From: Trypethelium eluteriae
Taxonomy: Eukaryota
Reading direction: 5' to 3'
DNA length: 50,122 nucleotides
Assembly: GCA_051942245.1 (NCBI GenBank)
Contig: JAVECL010000118.1
Location: forward strand, 1 to 50,122
Part shown: positions 35,939-48,298 of the stretch, piece after piece
How the letters are laid out: every line of letters starts with the position of its first letter
Position numbering within the stretch: position 1 is the stretch's first letter
Translations under genes and position numbers: made by a program
Notes under the pieces: generated by a model
The model's input: the letters and a program-made list of their open reading frames with translations, nothing else
The model's database searches: none
Told to the model about the DNA's origin: nothing

Positions 35939-37496
35939 AAGTGGAATAATAGAGGATGAGAATCATGAAGCTTCTCTCCTGCCACGAAAGGGGATAAGGC
36001 AAAAGACCAGTATACCAGGGGCTGTGGGAGAGGAGAGCAACGAAAAAAGGGCTGTCAGATCGATGTGGACCCTCGTCTTGCATATCTTGATATGGCAAGA
36101 TGCAGTCTCCAATAAAGTATTACCGAGATCTAGGTAGGTGCCTTAATCGTGGAGGGAACGGGCCGTGTAACCTAGCTCCCGCCTCTCTACCATACTAGGC
36201 CAATGGGTATAGATTGACAAAATGGAAGCTCAGATAACGGCCACACCAGGTGCCCTAGTAGCATCTATATCGCTACTCATCAGGCATTATTCCGCAGTGG
36301 GTTGCAACTCCAACATCCTGTTCTTACCAAGCTTACAGTCGAACTTGAGTACTGATTCTCCAAGTAAGCTCCGCGAAAGGCTGGCATTTGTGACCTATAA
36401 TCCGAAGAATAGATTGCAGGAGATCTGCAACACCTTTTCAAGAGGCTATCCACTCAACTGAGCGTGAGTTATCCTCCCGGGATCACAGCCCTGGAGATCG
36501 TCAAATGATTAATGACACCTCGACGTGGGGCAAATACAGCTGAAGGTCTAAGCCAATACACTACATGTCTGTTTGATCTACTTAGGGCAAGACCTCAAGC
36601 CAAAAAAGCAAGTTAAACCCCGCGCTTGAATGATATCAGCTTTTCGCAGTCTCTACTATTGTACTATCATACAATTAAGCAGCGCAGATTATACGATCGA
36701 AAGTAAAATTCCGTGCACCATCAAAATATTCGTACCAGTGCTTTTTCTACTAAGTTACAACACTAAATACCTCACACCACATCGTTACAAGAAGCGAGAG
36801 AGGCGTACAGGAACCAACATTTCGCGACGGCACTGATGCTCGGCTGCAGTGTGGCTGTGTCTTGCACGCACCTATCTTTCCCAATGTCACTGGCAATTTT
36901 TTTCGTTGGTGCATCAACTGTCGATCTCATTCGTCCTCTGGGGGAAAAAGATAAGGGCATTTACATTGATGACCCATGGATAAATGGACCTAGAACGTAC
37001 TACTGTGCTGTTTGCGATAGCTGGTTCACGGTCAGCTCCGCCAGCTAATATGCTGTGGCAATGTGATTCACGGTCTGCCCTATATCCCTGACATAAGGAA
37101 GAGCTTTGGCGTCTGTCATGACCTCAGATCACAGTACAGCTCCCTCCTTCATCATCAGCTCCAGTCTCATAGACTATCTCCAGAGCCCGCGTCGTCATTA
37201 TGAAGATTTGCTTAGTGAGCTCGATGTCCGTCAGGGTGAGCTAGGTACTTGAATCTACATAGTAAGTACCGGATGTTCAGACGGTCTGCATCTTCCGTGG
37301 CCTACGAGGTAGCGAAGAGACCCCAGGAGTGCTTACTGTAGAGTGACAGCATCCATCATGTAAATAGATAGATAGTCAGAGATTTGCTAGATAGATCAGT
37401 TTCCGCATTGTCGTGGTAATAAATTTGATTAGAATATCGTACAGAGAAATCCGTACAGAGCATCTTCGATCAGCATTAAGTATAAAATTAAGGAAT

Positions 37497-37563
37497 TTCA
37501 TTCGCACTCTTGGACAGCCCTTCATTTCATCTTTCATTGGTATCAGTGAGTATTGAAGTGCTA
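37497..37563. repeat. Copy 1 of a 67-bp dispersed direct repeat
   Basis: 59/67 identical to 40586-40652 by eye. Confidence 0.9.
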
Positions 37564-37977
37564 AGGATCTACTTAAGAAATGTGGTGCAGGTGGGAGGAA
37601 GGAACGACCCAAAGAACTTCGGGTTGCACCTTAACGCAATGCAAATGCAGACGCCAGGCTCAAGTAGTTTTGGCTTTCGAATCCTTCGTCCTGTACAGCA
37701 ATAAAGCTCTGGATCCTGGGTTTACGTACTTTTCGGAAAGAGGTAGCGATTGATTAATGCAAGAGTTGCCTCGTGTTCCACGCAACTATCATATGCAAAA
37801 GAATAGATGACACTACGAATAGAATGCAACGGCGCATGGCATTGCGCTACAATTGGTCCATTCTTGACGGAGACGATGTCGGCTCAGGCTCGGCTATTAT
37901 CGTACCTCTAGAGTAGGACCACACAAACTGTCTAGGTCGATGTCACGGAGACCACCAAACTCAATTCACAAGATCAA

Positions 37978-38700
37978 TTGGTGGCCTTCTCTGCTTATGC
38001 CACTTTTGTGAATAAATTAAACAATGATATCTATGGTCTCTGCAGTCATAACGCCATCCCCGAGACCATCGGGTTCAGCTATCCGCTCGAACTCCTCAGT
38101 CTCCAATCCACCATCCAAGACGCCATCGAAGGGACCCTCTGGACCTCGAAACTCAGTCGACTCTAGGTCAAACACGGCGTCTCCGTCTCCATCCCTGCAC
38201 TCGCCATCGTATAATACTACGCTGATAAGTGCGCTAATCGCGGCGGGGCCTCCAGCGTTGACATCAGCCTTAATATAAATAAGGTACCCTTAAGACCTAC
38301 CTCACCGTAACCTCCAAGCCCCCCATTATTAACATCACCGACATCATCTTAGACGTGGCTATCAACAGGGCCCTTACTATCTCCTCCGTCTCCTCTGCTG
38401 TTGTCACCTTCTAAACCACTAGCCCGGGCCCTAACATCCTTAATTAATACTACAGTAATACCCCCGCCGGCGCTTATAAGCTCTTAACTCTACACAACTC
38501 TATCACGAATATTAGCTCAGGCTTCGTTATCTCTCTAAGTAATATAATCTTCTCCTATAACATTCATTTTAACAACCCGTAATTTAATACTACTACCAAT
38601 TTATTAGTAACTCGTATATTATTCCAATTTTTAATATTTGGAATCTTGAAGAGCTGATAATCCTTATAAGCTATCTCCACGGCGTCATGGACGGAGAAAT
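37978..38700 (+). pseudogene. RIP-mutated ORF or transposon relic
   Basis: The frame continuing from ORF 37978 is interrupted by TAG/TAA stops consistent with CAG/CAA>TAG/TAA changes. The segment is TpA-rich and increasingly AT-rich. Confidence 0.6.
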
Positions 38701-39008
38701 TGTTCATCAGTAGAAAGCTAGAAAATACGAATTTACGAATTTAAAGCATCCCTTATCGCCTAATGACAGGTTTGATGTTGTGTGAACAAAGGCAGTCTTG
38801 TTACGTGATTACGAGTGATGGTCGAGCTTCAAGGATACGTAGTCAACAGTCTGTAGATCCTCACTTTCACAGTGAAGTCTACAAGCTTTCACCACCCATT
38901 CTATCATCATCACAGCTGCTAAGCCTTGTCCCTGCCTCGAGCTAGCGAGTGGAGTGGAGAATGATAGAGGTTTCAGTTACGACATACAGCCTCGAAATCG
39001 AGACCGAC

Positions 39009-39999
39009 ATGTTCGGGTACTCTACTGTAACTTCTTGGCTTCCACTCACTCCAGCGTTCCCATCGGTACCCGGATGCGATCAAATTTTGTGGGGAACGGC
39101 CGATGGTGTGGCTTGGGATCCAAATATTGTAGCCAACCCCGGAAATACTATTAATGACGTGCAATGTCTGCCTGCTGCGGTAGGCACATGGTGGCTGTCA
39201 ACTTCTCAGTCAGCTTCGACCTCATATTCCCTCGGTCCTATCGTATGTCCGGAAGCATATCGTACAGCATTTACTTCTGAATTTGGATCTTCGACTTTTC
39301 TCGTGTGTTGTCCTTTGTATGTTACCGTACTACGTCATACGACCCTAAACGTGAAGTTCATAGTGTTACAGATCATTCTACTACCAAGGTCCAGGGGATT
39401 GCACCAGCACAGCTACCTCTGGGGAGATTTTCACTATATACCCGAAGCCTACAGACTCGTGGACTCGACCTTCTACAACCACAATTACTTCTACAAGTCT
39501 TGTTGATGGTATTCCGATCTCAGGATGGAACATTCAGCAAGTATCGCCTACACCTACCTCATTCGCTAATCCCAGTATTATGTCACCTTGGTCATCGGTC
39601 TCATTGACTACGTCTACGTCATCCAATCTTTCCTCGAGCTCCAGTCCTTCTAGCCTATCTTCCAACCTTGCTTCCAGCTCTAGCTCACACCGTGGGCTGT
39701 CATCTAGGGCAGTAGCAGGCATCAGTGTGGGTGCTAGCCTGATTCTAGGAGCATTAATAGGGGTTTTTGCCTTATTATATCGGCTACGGCGCCGCAGTAC
39801 AATGTCTAGCAGAGCTGCCACTGCCGCAAGTGAAAGACAGCAACAGTTCCCAATGGACAGCAGCCAAGACATTCATGCAGCCTCAATACCCCAAATCTCT
39901 GGCAGAGAGATATTTGAGATACCAACAGAGGAGCGTGTACATGAATTACCGGGTGAGGGGGTTAATCGTGAACTACCAGCGGAACCTCACCATCCTTGA
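39009..39999 (+). CDS. Single-pass membrane protein: Cys-containing N-terminal domain, Ser-rich stalk, TM, cytosolic xEL/xEI motifs; 2 exons
   Basis: PLTPAFP..PGC...CLP...SLGPIVCPEAY...CCP, then a GTATGT...CAG intron in frame to GLSSRAVAGISVGASLILGALIGVFALLYRLRRR...FEIP..VHELP...RELP. Confidence 0.8.
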
Positions 40000-40440
40000 T
40001 CTTCTGAGTACTTAGATTCAAGTGAAACAACAACACCTGTTTTTGTTAAAGTCATTAATCACGCTCCTTATTCACCAAATAAACAAACATTCTCCGGCGT
40101 CACGACTGTAGCATATCTTTCAGGTAGTTTTACGCTTGGTTTTATTTCTGTTCGGTACCGAAGATGAATGACCAGCGCAGAGAGGAGAGACCTACAGCAT
40201 CATCCACAAACTTACCATGTACAACAGTATCAAGATAGTCGTACAGCCACGCACCAAGGGTTGTCTAAAAATTTAAAGGAACTAGGTCGGATTAGGCAGT
40301 AAAAGTGGTAAAAACTTTGTGTAAGCATAAAATTGGTGCCTTCCTAGATCAGTGCTTTTCTCGAGGGTAACAAATCTTTTGAGAAGGGCCGGTAATACAG
40401 AACTTTTGTGGAATGAATCCACAGGGAGACAGGGAGTTTG

Positions 40441-40545
40441 CTCGTAAGATCATTCAGCCTTAGCTTGAGCAATCCCCGACCGGAGCTCTCAGGGGTGTCC
40501 TTGGAGATCGTCCCTTGATCAATTCGGCCATCAGGTGTCCGTATC
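40441..40545 (-). pseudogene. Fragment paralogous to part of the 41354-44269 gene
   Basis: Translates IRTPDGRIDQGTISKDTPESSGRGLLKLRLNDLTS, versus IRTPDGRIDQETVFNDAPRSLSSRIWKSRLNKLMS at ~42023-42127. Confidence 0.8.
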
Positions 40546-40585
40546 AGTGTTTTGGATCAGGACCAAGAGGTTTAGATTGAGGACA

Positions 40586-40652
40586 TTCATTCGCCCTCTT
40601 AGGCAACCCTTAATTCTATCTTTCATTGGTATCAGTGGGTATTGAAGTGCTA
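40586..40652. repeat. Copy 2 of the 67-bp dispersed direct repeat
   Basis: 59/67 identical to 37497-37563. Confidence 0.9.
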
Positions 40653-41099
40653 CGTATATCGATCAAATATCCAGGTTCTAGTGGATGTTACTAATGCTCA
40701 GTCCTTTTGACAATATAGGGACATGTATTTTAACAAAGCTAATGGTTTAGCCAAGGCTAGACGCTGTAGGAGCTTTTAGCGCTGTTCATCGTTAAATTTT
40801 TCTCTTGAAGAGTACGAGAGGCTAAACTGTAAGATTTGCTGGAGCTGGAAAGTTATAAGATTACTAAGGTGCCTATTAACAAGCCTACAGAGCGGCAACC
40901 TCTTTCTGAGCTTAGCGCACCGAATCAAATGGGCTAGGTAGCGAATGGCGAGACTACGTACAAGAAGGACAAATATACTACTTGTTAAGAATGTTTGATA
41001 TCTTTTCACCACTTATATATGGAAAGCGAGAGAAACACGCATCTCAAATGGTAAAAAAAGAGATAAACCAGTGCTTAGGGAGTAGCACTATATGGGCAA

Positions 41100-41198
41100 G
41101 GCCAATACAGGAAAGCAGAAACGATGGACAGGTAGACGCTGACAACGAAGCAGAAAGTGCTTGGTCTTGAGCATCCACATACGCTGGCGAGCATGGAC
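41100..41198 (+). pseudogene. Relic kinesin-light-chain-type TPR repeat, as in fungal NLR proteins
   Basis: GQYRKAETMDR*TLTTKQKVLGLEHPHTLASMD matches the GxYxEAE.M..QTL...KVLGxEHPxTLxSM repeat; TAG at 41133 sits where Gln is expected. Confidence 0.8.
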
Positions 41199-41353
41199 AT
41201 GTATACATTCCTTGAATCTGAGCTTTGTGGCTCACCTGAACTGTCCATAGAAATATTTCAACATGATTTCCCAAATACATAGCTGCAACATTCATGTCTC
41301 CATTAAACCAAGAATATATGATTGCTGCCTCCATTATCTACTACACTAGAAAT

Positions 41354-44269
41354 TCACCCTTGGTCCGATAATGTTGCTTCAATTTCCCGAGGAGTCTGCG
41401 CCCCTTCTTCTCCATTTGGTGCCCGTCTTCGTACTGCTGGGCTATTTTCATGATGCGTAACTTCTCGTGGAGGCAGAGGAGGCATAGGCCCAGGCCCAGG
41501 CTCGTCGGGGTTGTGTGGCTCGGTGCTGTCTGCGGGTAAAAACCCCTCGGGAATCGGGGGAATGAGGTTGCTCGATAAGAAAGCCGCAGCAATGAGTCTG
41601 GTGGCTTCCACTTTGTTATCCTCGAGCTTGTGCTTGACTAGCACATCAGCAATGGAATCAAACAATATATTTTCAAAGTGCCTTTTGTCTGGGCGCCATT
41701 TGTCTGTAGAGTTTGAAATGGACGTTGTGCTGGAACCCAACTGCCGCCTTAATGTCTCGCCGCCTTTGTACACAAGCTGATCCAGGAAATTCATTACAAA
41801 TTCCCCTCGAACCGCCCTGATTGCCTCTTCGTCGTTCCTACACCACTCATAGAGGCCAACTTCAACCGCCTTTCCCTTCTCAACATAAGGTTTCCTACGC
41901 AGTATGGCTTTAGCGACCTTTACAGCTTAAAGTTCTAACCTCTGGAAGTGAGAAAGCACTTACCCATGATAATTAAATTTCAGAGCTGAAAATGACATGC
42001 CGAGGATCACTGTGTTAATAATACTCATAAGTTTATTCAGCCTTGACTTCCATATCCTTGAACTCAAACTCCTAGGGGCGTCATTGAAGACCGTCTCTTG
42101 ATCAATCCGGCCGTCAGGCGTCCGTATCCAGGTCTCCAAGCTGTCTTCATAACCCTGGCCTAGAATCTCCTTCTTTTTTTGCCATTTTCGACTGTACTCC
42201 TCACCAATCGGACAGGAAGCGAGCACCCGGAAGAGAGAACCTGCACTAAATACTTCCAACATGGAAAAGTGGTACATTGTTAGATTCATCAATGACTGCA
42301 CAGAACGACAAAATGGTTCGCGATGCAGCTCATCGTCTGTTATAACCAAAGGCACTTCAACAAGCCCTTTTAGCTTGCCATTTTCCAGTTTTAGACGCGG
42401 TGCGAACTCGGCAGATCCTTTGAAGAATACTCGCTGATTCCAGGGAATGGATGTAATAGAGAGGAGCTTGAGAATTTCCACAGCGGCGTCATATATGTGC
42501 TCCGCAACCTCCTTGGTCTTAAACATATCTGGCTGAACTTCCACTAAGACAGATTGGGATTGAAAAACTCTCTGAACCGCAGTCAAGCCGATCTTGTGGA
42601 GTGAGATATCCATACCGGCATCCACAGATTTGTCGAGTAAATGTGGTTCCTTGATCCCATGAGATTTCAAAGCCTTGTCCTTAGGAGGAGGATCGTCTGC
42701 AACCGATACGGATACCTCTTCTAAGGGTCGGAGAAAAGAGTGGAAGCGAATATTACCACCGTATATCATCAAGTAGTCCGCGTGATACAAGTCGCAGGCC
42801 AATTCAGCTGCTTCAAAGCCTGCACACAGTTTCTTGGTAACAACAGGTGCATCGCTGACATGCCTACGGATCCACGCCCTGATCAGGGCCAAGATGAGTG
42901 TAGCAACGAGCTGAGCGACAGCTGCGGACCAGTGAAGCTCCCTAATTCCTATATTTTGAAGGATGAAGCCACTGAGGGCAAAGAACGAGCCTATCACTGT
43001 CCACGCGGCCAGAGTCTGGTAACCCCTCGAATTCTCGGCCCTTCCGGAGGGGAAGATCCCTCTTTGGGAGATGTGAACCTCCGGGTCATCAAATGCGTTA
43101 TAAATTGCAAACGATGGAAGCTTCATTGCATCGATGGCTTTCTGCAATCTGACAACATGAAACTTGGGACGTGGTGCCGATTGGCCGTCTTCGACCGTCT
43201 CTGTAGGTCTGATTGTGTGCTCGTCGGTGTTGATTTCGATGACTTTCGCGCATATGCACACTCCAATGGTAATCGAAATGGTACCGACAGCCCATACAGG
43301 AAAAGCATAGGGTGCAGCCTTGTATGTTGACCTTGGCCAGTGGTAGTAATACACGCCCAAACCATTAACTATAAACACGACCGATTGCACCAAAAGTCCT
43401 ATAAAGGCCCAGATCCAGATAGAAGACCTCGTTGGTATGGCTTTAGGAACGTTCATGATCAGATTTGGCGCTTTCTCGGCAACATCGCCTCCAGACCCCC
43501 TTGCTTTGGAGACTGCTAGACTATCTTCTGAGTCGAAAGTTCCACGACGTTGTCCAAAGCTTTGTCGGAATTTGTAGTCACACACTTCACAAGGCGGCTG
43601 CTGTTCACGCCATCGAGGGAAAGAGGGGTCTCCGTAAACAGCAGAGACCAGTGATCGAGTCCAGACAGGGCCATCAAGTGCATACTCTGACCCTGGAATC
43701 ATCTCACGTTCTGTGCTGTACACGATCTCCGTGGCCTGCGAAGCTCCAGCCTGCCTGATCACGCGATTCCCATCCCAGACCTCACGGACCTCTCTTGAGG
43801 TCGATGAAAGTATATCCTTCTCTTCATCGGCAGGGGAATCATGGGCTCTATTTGAGACTTAGCAAAGGAAAGGTGCTATGAGAAAATACTCCTCTGAACT
43901 ATCACCATCTTGCAAATAGATCTTAGTCTCTGCAAGCCCCGCGATTGCAGTTCAAAACAGAAACGAGAAATCAATGCGACGGCTTTCAACTTACCTTCCG
44001 ATGACTGCTTTCAGCAGGGGATGTCCACTGATGCGGATAGCACTAACAATAATGGTCACGATTCCGAGCGGAGCGGTCGAGATCAGCAGGCAGTCCGCCC
44101 AGCCCATTGAGGTCGACAGGAATTGCTTCGTGACCTCATCGCCGAACAAGGTGAGGAGCGGCGAGAGGTCAGTGAAGAGGGAGCTCCCGGAATTTGAGGT
44201 GTTGATGGTGGGCGTTGCGGTTGGGGAGCTCGTGGTGCCCGCGGAGCTCTTGCAACTCGTGGAGCTCAT
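41354..44269 (-). CDS. Multi-TM fungal protein with the N-terminal module usually seen in fungal ankyrin-repeat membrane proteins; 3 exons
   Basis: LFTDLSPLLTLFGDEVTKQFLSTSMGWAD...APLGIVTIIVSAIRISG..LLKAVIGR|AH...LSSTS.EV.EVWDG...APNL...GIRELHWSAAVAQL. The second intron (GG|GTAAGT...GCGTAG|G) links in frame to ORF 41354-41794. Confidence 0.75.
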
Positions 44270-46261
44270 GGTTGTTGGGCGTGCCCTGTCACGCTCGCGG
44301 GGAGAGCAGCAACAAGGCTGAGCAGAACCCAAAAGAGTTATTGCCCGACGGTCGGCGATCGTAGTTCCAGTGCTCGGTGCGAGTCGAGACTAAGGAATCT
44401 TTGGACAGCAAAGAGTTCAGTAAAGGGTGAGGAGAGAGTGGGCGGCTGGCACAAAAACTCACGACAGGTTTGGTGGAGGCTGGACGGGATGAGCACGAGT
44501 CGTAATCACGTAGAAAGGGTTGTGCTTTTGGTACCCAGGCAGGTGGCTGACCACTTCGTGGCTTCTCGAGGTCTTCAATCATGATATCAAGATGCAGAAA
44601 ATCCATTGCTTCAGTATAACTCGTTGTTTAGATGCACCCCATTAAACTCCATAACCTCTTACAGTGGTAACGCAGAGGTACGGGTAAAATCGCCATATGA
44701 TAACAATTGAGTCGCTAGCATTACCTCCATAGGTAGTTTTGTTGTCGCAGATAATTCATGGAACAGTATCGCTCGTTTTGAATGCGGATGGTCGAAGCCT
44801 CGCTCCTAAGAGGTAGGTAGTACCATTTGCCCCAAGATGGCGGGATTCCTTCTGTGGTCCGAACTCTTATTGGTCGGATCCGCGTGCACACGGGACACGG
44901 TCTGGCCCCCTGCCCGCGCCCCCCATGATCCGACTTTTTTATTTCCACCTGCAGCAGCGTGAACATGCTTCGAGAGCCATACGCTTGGCAAGCCATTGGG
45001 AACATGAAGCTGTCGATGGTCCATTTGAAGCTCCCATTTTTCATGGCAACTCCCTTGAATGCTCATGCCACGGCTCAAGTCATCGTTGCCGCTGGTAATG
45101 GCAACGTGTCAAAGTAAGTCCGCCCAAAGGTACCGGCGATACGGCCTCCAGCTAGAATATTGATGCATAGCTTTCCCCTTGCACTGGAGTACGAACCTGC
45201 TCTTGATCTCCAAAACCGCAGTGCAGCACCGGGTAATCCAGGAGGACTAACGAAACAGAACTGGCCTACCCTTCTAACCAATGTCCACAGCAGGGCGACA
45301 ATGTCCCCCAGCTTTGCAGCATCCAAATGCAACGCTAATACCATTTCATTAGCTTGGGAGATCTCGTGCAACCATCCAGTACTCTACAGGGTACCCATAT
45401 TCCGGTACCCGGGGAGATCCCGTCCCGCACGATTGACAGGCCCGTCATGCGCGTGCAATTGGCTGCAGGGCCGTATCTGACGACCTGGTGTACCTCCGGG
45501 GAGGCCTTTATAATCTTGCCCGAGCTAGGATAGTGAACGCCGTTCGGTCAATCAACACAGTCCTCCCACAAAAATGACCGAGAGAATGGGAGGGTGTGCG
45601 CTTTGAGATTGTCTTAACCGGGCAGAACGACGACAGTGTCCTTTTTAAGGCGCATCAAATTAGTATGATCCCTAGGAGTGCGAACAAAACTCCCCTAGGC
45701 AAGCCGGTCTCGTATTCAGATTGTAGCATTCTTATCTTGCAGAGTATACCAGCAGGCACTGATAACTTTGGTACTGAAGTAACGCTACCAAGCGCCAACG
45801 ATGTAGCGGATATACACTGGATCTCGTGGGCTACGCAAACAGCGGCCACTTGCACAGCTGGAGGAAGCGACACGCTCTTCTTCCGAACCGCGTAAGCTAA
45901 ATCCCGCAGTCTCCTTCGTCTTGAAGCAGATGAACATCCCTCTTGGGTGCTCAGCGGTGTCGAAACCAAGGAGAGCTACGCATGCGAAGAAAATCGACTA
46001 CGAGATTTTCCATTACAGAAAACCCCTCGGAGAGCAGATATTAGACGTAGGACGACGATACGGCAAGATTGGGATACTAAAGCACGGGGAAGCGAGCGAA
46101 CAGAGATAATGTATAGACATAGTCATTCTAATTATATATCATTACATTATTTCAATACAAGTACCTCAAAAGAGGATCGTGCGTTGCATTGGATCGGAAA
46201 TGAGTATCGACCGTGATCGCTCCGCAATCCGACCGTCTGTGCGCACAATCGCCCGTCTGAT

Positions 46262-48298
46262 CTACCTCGCTCGACGCGATGGTGGCGTGGTGCCCGTGTA
46301 ATTACCATTCTGGGTCGTGAAGTCACCCTGCTGTGTCAGGCTCGAGATCCTTCCAAGTAGGAATTCTAGCTGTCGGTACGAGGCGCCCGGTACGTATTGT
46401 GGGATTTCTGGAAACGCAATTAGATCAGAGCCAGATGAATGAAGAGGGAGTATCAGTCAGCGATCATGAGATACATACCGTGTCCAGCGTGATTGACCGT
46501 CACAAAAGTTAATCCACGCTCAGTGTGTGTGGTACCCAGGAAGCCTGCGCCAGCTACGTTGTAGGCTGGAGAAGCGGGGATGGGCTGATACTCGATCTCA
46601 TAAAGGATCTCAGCAAGACCTGGATGATACGGGACAAAGAAATTGTCAGAAGGTCTCGTCTGGAATCCTTGTAGTCCGTTCCAAGTCATGTTCTGGATGG
46701 AGGCCAATGTGCCGTTGGCAAGTAGCAAGTAGTCCAGCCATCCGTGTCCAATGATGACGTTATTGGTCCGTTCGATAACGGATGGGATGGGCCCCAATGA
46801 ACTTGGCACTGACTGGTCACCTTTAGGGAACAAGGTGGGGTCGCCACAGATAGTGTAGTCCGTGGGTGGCGCGTTAATAGCTCTCTGGACATCGCTACGG
46901 TTGAAGTAGTCATTCGGACCCCAGCCAAGGGATGGGAAACCAAGCTGATCCCACAAATATGGGCAGTAGTCGATCAAGTGGTAGATGTTGAAGCAAGGGT
47001 TGATGTAAACAGCCGCTGCAATAATGTCGTCCCATACATCACAACCTGTTACAGAACTGTTTGGAGCAGTGGGGAGCTTGCCAGCGGGTGGGAAGGTGAG
47101 AGCATTCTCCATGAATTCGATATACCCACAGCTCTCCGCCCGCTGGTTGACGTCGGTCATAGTGGACTCATTCAGATTGAATATGTTGGCATAGTCGTTC
47201 AAATGCCACACGGCGGGAGCTAGGCAGGTCAGCAAAATGGATCTTGGGTCAAATGCTATGATACGGTACCTTGAATCAATGTGTCATCGTAATTGATCGA
47301 TGGGTCATTGATCTGGATGCCAGCCACATTGTAGTAATCGGTGTTGTTTTGATCGAGCATGTAATTTGCAATGTACGGAATGTATTGTCCTGCGTAGCTT
47401 TCTCCGGTAATATAGACCTTACGACCAACGAGATCGAAAGTTTCCATGAAGTTCTTCCAGAAGCCAGAGAATTCCCGTCCAATATCGACTTCATCGTTGA
47501 TTTGTGCAGGTGCTCCAGGCGCAGCAGGCGAGAAGCCGGTGCCGATGGGTTGGTCGACCCATACCATGTTCGTCAAATTTACCTGATCACAAGTTAGTAA
47601 ATCTGGGCAATCTAATATTTTGCTCAACGAGCGCGAAGACTGAGCCCTCAAAGAGGCTGCGCTTCCTTTCCCGGGTGCAACAGGGCCGCGTGCGCGATTT
47701 ACGGGAAAGTTGTGCGACCTTGGGATGAGGGTACAACTCCGAAAATACGTACCCAAGAATACGGGTTTGCTATCGGCGAGTATGTTCCTGATTGCCAAAG
47801 AAACGGGCCATTTTCTTGGAACAAGCCGTCCAAACTCGAGCATCTGAGGGACAATTAGCTTGGAAAGTCAGGAATCGGAAAGGATTTGGAAGTCTTACCC
47901 AGGCCCTCCATTGAGCCAAATTACAATCTCATCAGATGCAGCCTGGTTCTCGGACGGGAAGAACCAGAACCACAGTTGGTTGGCATTGCTCGTATTGCCG
48001 TCGATTGGCAGAGTACCAGCGTAAGACTCGCCAATGTTGAAATTCACATCTGGAATACCACTGCCATTGACAGCAAATTCTACAGCTTGTTAGTTTAGAG
48101 GCCCATTGCAATGCGTAAGAAAGACTCACTGGCAGTATTAGAGTTCAAGTGACTGGACTGTCGCTTGCGATGTGTGTGAGAGTGAGACGCAGAGTTGAGC
48201 GTCCTCTTGGGCTTCACCGGCGCCTTCTTGTGTGGACTCTCTAGAGCTGCTACAGCAGAGATGCCCAACAGGGCTGCCGCGAAAGAGTTGAAATGCAT
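46262..48298 (-). CDS. Secreted serine carboxypeptidase (S10, CpdS/PepF-like), multi-exon
   Basis: Signal peptide [48 protein letters not shown] (Ser); GWLD (Asp); AGH (His) | EIPQY...[10 protein letters not shown]. Confidence 0.95.

Noticed and set aside
41790..41965. Apparent frameshift between ORFs 41960-43762 and 41354-41794
   Set aside because: A phase-2 intron ending GCGTAG restores the frame.
44721..46216. Short ORFs between the membrane-protein and carboxypeptidase genes
   Set aside because: No recognisable domain; cannot be distinguished from non-coding sequence without a search.
47583..47752. Relatively long carboxypeptidase intron as a possible snoRNA host
   Set aside because: No convincing terminal C/D or H/ACA box arrangement was seen.
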